Part shown: positions 1 through 10,100 of the stretch, piece by piece | Layout: every line of letters begins with the position of its first letter | Position numbering within the stretch: the stretch's first letter is position 1 | DNA from: Bipalium vagum | Lineage: Eukaryota | DNA: 38,656 bases | NCBI GenBank assembly: GCA_037834085.1 | Contig: JBBMKC010064352.1 | Location: forward strand, 1-38,656 | Reading direction: 5' to 3' | Program-made: the position numbers and the translations under genes | The notes under the pieces: model-generated | What the model saw: the letters and a program-made list of their open reading frames with translations, nothing else | Databases searched by the model: none | Told to the model about the DNA's origin: nothing

Positions 1-67
1 AATGGTGAATGTTTATTTGAAAATGGTGAATTATTATTTGAAAATGGTGAATTTTTAATTGAAAATG
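1..67. repeat. About 21-22 bp tandem repeat, 3 copies
   Basis: aatggtgaat(g/t)...tttgaaa repeated three times. Confidence 0.7.
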
Positions 68-719
68 CTATATATAATACTATTAATAATATATAATACT
101 ATTCCTTGTTTCTTAGAGCAATATCTTTTGATTTCTGATCTTTAATTGATTACTTTTGTTAAATCTTCTTTTCAAATTGTTAATATTATTGTAAATATTT
201 AAACAAATGGCACAGTTTTTTAAATTCTTAAAATGTGCCTCAATATTTAAAATTAACTAAACTTAGACTATTTTATCTTTTAAAGATTTATTTCATGAAA
301 TTCTAATATAATATTTTGTTAAGAAGTTCTAGGAACATTATAATAATTTATTGAATAGACAGCTTTTATTTAAATAATGGATTTTCATACGTTTTTGAAA
401 AAAAATTTCAAACAAATGCCTTTTTTGATATTGTGACAAATAAATATTATTACTACTAATAATAATAAAATTATTATAAATAGAATGCAATTTATAAGGA
501 ATTTTCTTAAAATACCTTACTTATAGAACTTTAAATATTTTAGGCCTTTAAAATTATCACTTCGCTTTTTTATACCTATTTTTAAATCTTAATTTAAAGC
601 ACTTATGTTACTTTAAGGTATAAAATTTAAGTCTATTATAATAATTGACGAATAAAGTATATTAAATTGATTCATTTGTTTTAACTTATTAAATTATTTA
701 TTTAGGCCATATGTTTGAA

Positions 720-1313
720 ATGAATATTCCAATAACTCATTTCAGACATATTTTGTTATATTATTAACGGAAGAGGAAAAATGCAATACAAGTTTAGTAA
801 AAGTTATGTACCATATATGGCGAAAGCTGTATTGGCATATGTCCATGTCAAATTTGGTTTTTCAGGTTCCGTTTGTGAAAATTCGAGCTTGAAGACAAAC
901 CACGTAACGGAAGGCTGCTGGAGACTAAGGATGAAGAAATAAAGATATTGGTAAAAGAAAATCAGAGTTTGAAAATTCGAGAAATTGGAAAGACATTTAA
1001 CCTTGCAAATTCAACAGTTCAAACTCATTTGAAATCACTTGGATATGTCTCAAAGGTTGATGTGTTTGTTCCTCGCTGTTTAACAAAAAAATCTTAATCA
1101 TCGTGTTGAGATATGAGATTTGCTACTGAAACGTGAAGCCAACGATCCATTTCTGAGAAGAAGATTGATGGGCGATGAGAAGTGGATTACCTACCGCAAT
1201 TTCAGACGGAAGAGTTTATAGTGCAAAAGTGATAAATCACCACAGGTCATAGCCAACGAAAAGAAAGTGGTGTTTTCTGTTTGATAGGATTGGAGGGGAG
1301 TCATTTTTATGAA
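720..1313 (+). mobile_element. Decayed mariner (DD34D) transposase, N-terminal half
   Basis: HFRHILLYY, WFFRFR...LEDKPRNGR, GYVSKVDVFVPRCL (WVPHEL motif), DPFLRR..GDEKWITY, DWRGVIFYE; stops and a frameshift. Confidence 0.9.
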
Positions 1314-1329
1314 ACTGGCGATTATGTTA

Positions 1330-1530
1330 ACGTCATCGTAATTAAATTAAATGAATGAGATAAAACTCACATTCCGTGAAATTCTTAATTTTGTAACTCA
1401 ACTTGAATTATGGATTCTGGAAAGAGAAAATGACAGTATTACCAAGTTTTATGATTTGCGTGACGATAATTGTAAAATTAAAAAACAGAAGCAACTGAGT
1501 ATAAGTGATTTCTTAATTAGAAAAAAATAA
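1330..1530 (+). mobile_element. Possible Tigger/pogo transposase C-terminal remnant
   Basis: Ends KKQKQLSISDFLIRKK*, resembling the KQxxIxDFF tail of Tigger transposases. Confidence 0.4.
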
Positions 1531-3109
1531 ATTGTCATGTTCATAAATGTTTATTTATTATTTGTAAATAACATTGTTCCAACTGTTCGTCACCAACAGG
1601 TTAGCCTGTATGATTTTTTTGGATTGATTAATTTTAATTGATTAATTTAAACAAACAGAAATGTTGGGTATTTCATATGGATTTTATCCAATAATGCGCA
1701 CCAATGTCAATCACAATAAAAAAGTATACAAGGTCAATCACCTGAAAAATTTCAAAATAATAAACTGAGATTATTTTTTAAAAATGGGTTTATAAAAGAA
1801 AACTGAACTTTCCTGTAAATTATGTATATTTTAAATACATTTCAACTGTCATTTACAAGTTTACTCATTCGAATTTTGTTTATAAATTAATCATATACCT
1901 TAATCATTAAAATGAATCAATAAATTTTAGAAAACAAAGAATTGAAAACCATATGATACAATAATTTAATTGTATGAACAATTTCTATTTGCGTGACGAA
2001 TCAAATTGAAAATCTATAGCGTTAATAACTTATAAAAAACATTTATATTTTTAAATATACTAATATCTTGTGAAAAAGGACAATTAACAATGATATCATG
2101 ATCAAAAACTTATTATAGAACATTTGCAATTAAGTAGAACCACTAAAATATTATACATGTCTCATAAATTGAGCTGTTAGAAAAAGAAAACCTGGTCTAG
2201 ATGAATTTTGTGTGATCGTCAGAAATTTGGATAATAATGAAGAAAAAATTATATGTGAATTATAATCAATTAGAGAAGGAAAAGTAGACATTAATACTCA
2301 TGTTTTAGTTTATTCTCATTTATTAATTAAAGACAGTTTTAACCAATTAAAATTTACTAAAATAACTTTAATTAAAAATACCATTATTCAGTTAATAAAA
2401 ATGTAAAATATTAATTATTATTGACTGGTGAAAAAACTGATAAAAAAATTTTATAATAATAATATTTTAATAGGTTTTGTTCTCATTTGTTAGATACCGT
2501 TTATTTGAAAAATAATAATTTATAAACATTCTTTAGAAGATTTCTGATTTATCCTCTCAATTTTTTTTATTTACTTTACTCTAATATCATCCTCTTTCTT
2601 TTTTCAAAATGATAATGTTCCATCAAATGAAAATGAGAATATTGATTAAAATTATGTTTCATCGAAACTTATCTTTATTTATATTTTCTTTGAGTGACTG
2701 ACAAAACAAACAAACAACAAATATTTTTTAATTATTTAACTTCTTTAGACCGTTTCTCATTTATTATTATTTCACGTCAATATTTTTGATGCTGTTTGAG
2801 TAGAGAGGCATTTGTTTAAGTTTTCACCTTCAAAGACAATAAAAGATTGAGTGGACAGATTTCTTGTTATCGAAATATTTTTTCAACATTTTTCCTTTCT
2901 TAGACATCTTGATTTATTTTTCATGGTTTCTTGTTTTCAAAAAGAAATATAAAGCCTCATAAATGGCGATTTAATCGGAAAATCGATAAATTTTCCGTCA
3001 CTTTCATTTTCATATCCGATGGTTTGTATATGCAGTGTTTTTGAGATTAATAGGGAATTTCGTACAACAAATAAAATAATGTAAATAGACCGACCCCGTT
3101 AGTATTCCT

Positions 3110-3570
3110 AAATACACATTTGTATACAGCAATTTGAAAGTCTACTGATGAAGATTACTCAATGTATGTTGGTCTGTGCCTCAACTATGTATCATAGATA
3201 ATAATCGAATGGATTACAATCAGGAACAAAGGAGGCCACAAATTCGGATGACTGATGATAACTTATATTATCATAGTCACTTCTGCGTGTTCCTTGGTTT
3301 ATAAGTGAGAACAGAATCTTGTTGGTATTCATATCTTATCGCACCGGCTATCTTGTCAATCCATATTATACAATCATTTACTGCATTTTTATCTGTTTGA
3401 GTTGGCTGGAAAGTCTTTCCTGAAAAATAAAGACGCTTGACACCACCTTACTAGATATGAGAGCCAGCACAAATGCTGGAAATTTAGAATGCAGGTTTAT
3501 CCGAGCATCAGAAACATGATGAGAAATCCAACGATCCTTCGCTGATTGACTTTTTTGTATCCGCGTAATG
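3110..3570 (-). mobile_element. Decayed maT/DD37D transposase fragment
   Basis: Frameshifted motifs N..DRW, SKFPAFVL, YEYQQDS, LWPP..PDCNPFDYYL..IVEAQTN. Confidence 0.75.
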
Positions 3571-3649
3571 TGATCACATTAGAGCCTACTGCTTTTGATA
3601 ACATTAACAGAAGGATATGAAAATTACCATATCTAAAGGCACATTTTAT

Positions 3650-4640
3650 AAAATCAATATTTTAGTTGACATAAAATATGATTTTCCCATATCCATAATG
3701 GTTTTGAAAGTTTTTCGTTTGATTTTAAACACCGCAGCGAAGAATTTTTAAAGCTTCCTGAATTTGAAAATCGGTTGATGGAGTTTTAAAATTTCTTCTT
3801 TTTCAATTTTATCTTTACTGTTTGTGATATATTGGAATCTATAATAGATTGACAAATGTCTGATGTTCTCATTGTTACTGCTGCTTGGACATCATTATCA
3901 ACTACCAATTATCAAATTCCTCTTTTGACATACCACCTGGTTATTGATCCAAGATATCTCTAGCAACATCATAAAATTTCTGAACATCATAAAATTCCTT
4001 ATATATCTAGTTTTAAAAATTCACTCTTTTTGAAACAGTTTATGATTGAGTTCTCTGCGATACGCTTCCACGACATTGATACCAAGTGCAATGCTTCAGG
4101 TAGGGAATTTTTTTCTATTATAATAATTGAATAAAATCGACTGATTCATATACGTATTTCTTTGCGATAATAACCTTTTAAAGCTCGTATAATGTTTTGA
4201 TCACATGACTGAATTAAAGATGTAGTATTCGAAGAAAATTAAAGTTTTGATATTCATTAATGTCATATTGATTCGTTGTGTCGTGCAATTATCTTTAATA
4301 AGACAATTGTCGGCTTTACCTGAAGATCCCATTTAACCAACCAATTGTTAATACTTACACTAGTCATCCATACATTTGGCTAGAATCTTAATTAACAGGC
4401 AAATGTTGAACACCTTTAAAACACCGATGATTTTTATTTTTCACAATTACTAATAAATCTCTCTTCTCATCTTCCATATTATCACAACAAAGAATTGCCA
4501 CTCGGTCTTTTAAAGTTTTGAATCCTTTATTACATTTATTTTTAAATAAATATGAAGTTTTATGCATTGCTCAAAGAAAAGAGTGCCGTTTCATCTGCAA
4601 TGTAAAAATTCACAAATTCTAAATTGCTTGATAATCCGGC
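3650..4640 (-). mobile_element. Decayed Tigger/pogo (DDE_1) transposase
   Basis: DETALF, KDRVAILCCDNMEDEKRDLLVI, RCFKGVQHLPV, VWMTS, NTTSLIQSCDQNIIRA, SWKRI..NSIINCFKK. Confidence 0.85.
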
Positions 4641-4789
4641 TTAATATTTAAACAAATGTAATTGATTCGCAAAATTCTTTATTAATTGATATTATTTTAT
4701 TGATTGATAACATAAACCGAATTTTCCAATACAATAAACGGTTTTTTTCAATTAATTTACATAGAAAAAATTGGAGCGATAAGATTAAC

Positions 4790-5045
4790 CGTGATCAGTG
4801 ATTGTATGCTTGTTGTATTGTATACTTCGTGCTTTCAGTCTTTTTCAGAGATATATCTACTGACAGAAATGCAGTTACTAATTTTCTAGTAAAATCATCT
4901 AGTTTCATTCTGAAAAAAGGTTTGTTCTGCCTTATTAATTGTGGAAAGTCCAAACTTGTGTCTTACGCTATTTCTATGACTTTCAACAAAAAATATTTGT
5001 TCATCTTTGACGGTTGTCTCACATATTTGGAGAATAGCGCTATGT
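4790..5045 (-). mobile_element. CGGBP1-like (hAT-related) transposase N-terminal remnant
   Basis: ICETTVKDEQIFFVESHRNSVRH (decayed BED-like finger), then after a frameshift DDFTRKLVTAFLSVDISLKK. Confidence 0.55.
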
Positions 5046-6734
5046 TTTAGATCTATAATAGATTTATTTAATTATTTTCATTATTTTTATTATTACAATT
5101 TCTTTTTTTATTTATTTAATTTAATATTACTATTATTATGCTTGATTATTATAGCTACTATTATTATTTTAGTATTATTATTTGTATTATTGTATTTATT
5201 TATATTATTATTTTTATTTGTATTATTTTTATTTGTATTATTATTATTATTATATTATCAAGAATTTAAATATTTACAATTTTTATTATATTTAATTTCA
5301 AAATGAAGACTAACGACCCTGTGTTCTCAATCATTTTTAAGCTTTTTAAAATATTCACATCTTAATCAACAAGATTTCCATTAGTCTTGTAAATAATCAA
5401 ATAAAATATTAATAATTAAAAAAAAATATTGTTTCAGAAGAATAATAAATCAATTAATCAATTGCTTATTGGTGATAATTGATTTTGAAAAAGAATTTGT
5501 GAAAAAAATAATTTTATGACAAATATTTTTTCGATGTTTTAAGGTTATTTCACTTTTTAAAGACAAAATTAGGTTAAGTTTGAATCTAGAAAATAATATA
5601 ATAATAAAATATTTAATTATAAAGCAATCAATAAAAAATTAATAATAAAATAATGAAATAATAATAGTAATATTAATAAATTAAAAATAATAATAGAAGT
5701 AAAATATTAATAATATTAATAATAAAATTATTATTTAAAAATAAAAATATTTCAAAGAAAACTTTTAAGAAACTTAGTTTTTATTTAATATATCTATGGT
5801 AAATATATAATTAATTATTAAATTTTTTGATATCTTTTTTTGTCATGTCTAGAACAATTTCCACGAAATTAATATTAGACTATTTATAAATAGACTTTAA
5901 TATAAATAATTTTTTAATTATATATTATCAAAAATATAATCATAAATTCATTTGAAAATTTCCTATTAATTAAATTCAAAATTATTATATTCATTTAATT
6001 TAAACAAAAATGTCGAAATGAACTTTCGTTAGCAAATTGATTGTTTTAATGTTTGAGAACAAATCAAAATTTAAAAAGAAATATTTCTGTAATTAACAAG
6101 ACATAATATTTTATACTTTGAACTGTCCTATAATTAATAATAATTTCACCATGAAAAGATCCTATCAACAAAAAAAGAGAAAGCGAGAGAGAAAGAAAGG
6201 TATTATCAATGATGACATCACCCTTCAGGTGTAGCAAGTCTAGGGAACAGGTAAAACATCCATTTAAAACAACATCTTACCTTTCAACGTTATCTCTTCA
6301 AAACAGAAACCATAACCTAATCAAGACCCACATCACGGAACATTATATATTGACAAAGGAATGACACCAACGAAGGAGATTAACTCTTAGTAAGAGTCCG
6401 TCGATCGAAGGTAGTTCGAACAATTTCCAACTATTGTTACCGATAATCACAAAAGGAATAATAATTTGTTTGTCCTTCGGAAATCTGAAAATAATTGAAA
6501 ATAATCCGCAGAAATATCGGAATGATTTCCATTTACCTTGTTTCGTCTTTTGAGGGAAAAGTGACAATAACTGATCTGTGAATTCATTGGATTTTGGGGA
6601 TTTTCCACCGATCATGGCGTCGATAGACGTAGCATAAATTTTCTCAGGATATCTCTCGGCAACAATAAAATATATGATTAAATGATGTGTTTTTATTTTG
6701 CCGAGTAGGTACTTTTTTTTAATAAATATTTATT

Positions 6735-6860
6735 GATTGTGTGTATATTTATATACGGTCGAATGTGTGTATGTGTGTCCGTGTCTGTGTGTGTGAGTGA
6801 GTAAAGCGGCGTGTTTGCGGTCGGTGTGTATTGGCAGTTGGTATTGAGTAGACGGAAAAG
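6735..6860. promoter_or_regulatory. Putative (possibly bidirectional) promoter: GT-repeat, CpG-containing island
   Basis: GT-dinucleotide tracts and locally raised GC/CpG in an AT-rich background; TATAAA on the minus strand near 6750; not transposon-like. Confidence 0.3.
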
Positions 6861-6867
6861 GAAAGAA

Positions 6868-6912
6868 ATGTCTGAAACAGACTTTATGGAGAATCAATGG
6901 AATATTTTCTCT
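6868..6912 (+). CDS. Candidate alternative first coding exon of RasGRF ([15 protein letters not shown])
   Basis: gaaATG with A-rich context, 15 codons, donor GTCAGT in phase 0, 104-nt intron to the phase-0 acceptor at 7017. Confidence 0.35.
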
Positions 6913-7016
6913 GTCAGTCTCTGCGTGTGCTGCAGATAATGACTGTTTTGGAAAATATTCTTATGTTTCAATCATCTGTTATTGTATCAAATTCCATTAA
7001 CCATGCTTATTCTCAG

Positions 7017-7134
7017 ATAATGCACGATGAAGTGAGTGAAACAGAAAATATCAGAAAGAATTTGGCTATCGAAAGGATGATTGTAGAAGGCTGCGATATT
7101 CTGTTAGACGTTAATCAGATTTTTGTCCGACAAG
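7017..7134 (+). CDS. RASGRF: RasGRF exon: end of DH domain and DH-PH linker
   Basis: tctcAG|ATA...CAAG|GTATGT; [39 protein letters not shown]. Confidence 0.95.
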
Positions 7135-10100
7135 GTATGTCATGTGTCGTTTATAATGTATATATATACGAGTATATATATGATATATGTATATAGTGTA
7201 GACCTTGAAACTTAACCTTTGTTTCGTTTTGATGACAGGGATTTTTTCCCCGGTGCGTTTTTCTCATTGTCTTTTGTAAAATTAGTATCGTTTTTAGGGG
7301 TTTTGTTATTTCAGGATCTTTGATTCAAGTTGTCAATGAAAAATCCAAAAGTCCCAGAGCCAGACTGGGCAATTTCGGTGGATCGTCGAAGGAAAGGAAA
7401 GAGATTGTGAGACAGGTTTTCCTTTTTACAAATCATCTATTGATCACCACACGTGCTTCGAGTGGTCGGCTGCATCTGGCCAAGGTCTGTGAGATCATAG
7501 TTTGTTTTACTGGTTGAACTTATTTTCTTCATCAGAATTATGGGAAAATAAATTTGGTCGACTGTACGCTCATTGAAGATACGCAATCTGAACTGTTTCC
7601 TGTAGATCTCGACAATACAAGTTAGTCTGATCTCAATATCGATTTTCGCAACGTTTACGAATTAAATTATTCTTAAATATAATATATGAATTATATGTAA
7701 AATATANNNNNNNNNNNNNNNNNNNNNNNNNNNNNNNNNNNNNNNNNNNNNNNNNNNNNNNNNNNNNNNNNNNNNNNNNNNNNNNNNNNNNNNNNNNNNN
7801 NNNNNNNNNNNNNNNNNNNNNNNNNNNNNNNNNNNNNNNNNNNNNNNNNNNNNNNNNNNNNNTATTTTAAGAATTTTTAAGAATAAAAATAAATATATTA
7901 ATTAATATTAAATAACAATTTTCCAGTTTCGTTACTTATTATTTTGAGTATACGATTTCATTTATACAAACAAACAATGAAATTATATTTCTTTTCAAAT
8001 GTAACCCTAAATACGGAATTATCACTTTTGTTATCATTCAAAAATTCAGAAGAAATTTTGTTTTGTTTTGTTGAGCTTGTCTCTAATATGACTTTTAATT
8101 ACATCTTTTGTCTTGAGACTTGTGTGATTGGATACATAAAGACCTTTTCAATAATTATTATTGATGTGAGAAATTTCCACTAACTACATTATTAATTATC
8201 AAAATAATGATTATTATTATTATTGTTATTAATCATCGGTCTTGAAAATTGAATCATCAACTTTTATAGAAAAAACTGATTAAAACAAAGAAATGAAAAC
8301 AATTTAGATGATGTCATTTGACAGAAAATTTTCGAGGAAAGAAAGAAAAAACCTAAGAAATGAGAAAAATTAAGGAAAAAAATACTTCTAGTTAAGAAAC
8401 GTTTTTTAAAACATGTTACCTATCGAAGGAAATAAAATAATATAATTATTATTATTACATGTCATGCCTCATTTGTGTTCCTTCGATAAATAATTTTCAA
8501 GTCATAATTGGAAAAAATTTAATTATATTTTTGAAATTAATTTTTTGGGTGTTTCAATTTTTTTTTCAAAATGGAACGATTGCTTTCTTGCCAATACAAA
8601 AGAATTTTTCAATTCATGATATGTGATAGATCGACCTCTTTTATTCATTTTCTATGCATCATCAATATTAGTAGCTAAAACTAACGTTGGTGGGAGACCC
8701 TCTGGAATTTCATCCTCCAGACTTGTGAGTCAACGCTTGAATTCAGTAAACGATTTTTAAATGCCACTCTTTGATGGGGCTTTATTCTAAAAGTTTAAAT
8801 GAATTGGATCTATACATTATTTAGATGCAAAACCACATTTAAGATCATAGTAAATCGTGGAATGTTAGTTTTTTCTGTGACAGTATCATATTTTATTTAC
8901 AACTCATAATTCAAATGTTTATCTATTTTAAACAAACTCATTAAATCGATTTATTCAAATGGGTTTAATAATAATACTTTTTTGGTAATCTGACGTTGAA
9001 TTTTATGAATATGTCAGTTATGTATAATTTCCCGAAGGAATTTTCGTTTTATTTTCTGAGGAAGATTTGAGAAAATATATTTTGTGTAAAAATTTGAATC
9101 CGTAAATTTTATTTCAATTATTGTCGGAAGAATAATTGGTAGGCTCTATGACCATCTCAATAAGTGACAAACGGTCAACCCTTTAGAGCTCGGTCAACCG
9201 AAAGGTGTCTAGTCGGCGGTCTAAGGGTTGATTAAATTTCCGTGTTGGTGAGACCGATTAATTATTTTTATTACTTTTGTATTTTTTGTTTCAAATTTGT
9301 TCGCCCATTGATTTAAATAAATTATTTATTTTAAAAATTGTTTATTGAATATTGTATTTGACCTGTCAGAAAATCTATTATTTTTATTTTATTTATTTAT
9401 TTAATAATCACTAGTCATTGGGATTATATTGGTTGATCGATATTTTACTATTTCAAAATTTTTGAAATAATTTAATATTATTGACCGGTTTTACATTGAT
9501 TTTTTTTCTCAGTTATTGTGAACAGTTATTACTTTATTGAGATTTTTTTATTGTGAGTATTTAATTAACAACAGTTCTGTATTATAATACCAAAAACGTT
9601 GTTATTAAAAATTTATTTTTGTTACACCAACTGATAGATAGAGTCAGATTGGAACTTGTATTATAGTGTTAACTTTACGGTTAAGAGTTAAATCAGTAAC
9701 AATATTATCATTTCCTTAATTAACTAATATCCTTTATTTTTGAATTAATAAATTCGGTGGTATTATTTGATATTGTATATCATTATTTTCTATTTTTATT
9801 TTGAAAGGTCACACTGAAAATGTAGACCAATAACAATAATTTTCATCATACAAGAATAGTGGGATGCAAAAGACTATGAACCATAGGTAGTACAATGAGA
9901 AGATTGATTAGCTTAGTCCAAGTGAACAAGAGATTTTTGTACTATAAAACAGATATAAAAGAGGATAAAGATTAAAAGGTAAATTGAAAATAGGAATAAC
10001 ATTAAGAAAACCTCTTGGCTTGAGGTAGAGAGTATGTAAACCTTACCTCAAGCTGAGATATAAAAGTCTATATGATTATTGAATGTTGAGTTCCAGGTTT

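Noticed and set aside
4790-5052. Apparent minus-strand intron GTAAGA...ttttttCAG suggesting more exons of an antisense gene
   Set aside because: The unspliced frame reads through it as a BED-like finger (SHRNSVRH) of a CGGBP1-like transposase remnant
5007-5306. Hydrophobic membrane-like ORFs here and at 13821-14090, 21654-21977 and 36844-37035
   Set aside because: Translations of (ATT)/(TTA)-rich low-complexity intron DNA
6151-6250. + strand mini-exons MKRSYQQKKRKRERKK and GTGTAGCAAGTCTAGGGAACAG
   Set aside because: Needs a 29-nt intron, and the basic peptide is just the complement of a pyrimidine tract; it shows splice-like words arise by chance here
10021-10042. let-7 miRNA gene
   Set aside because: Only the first 8 nt match, and the hairpin is too short to hold a mature 22-mer on one arm
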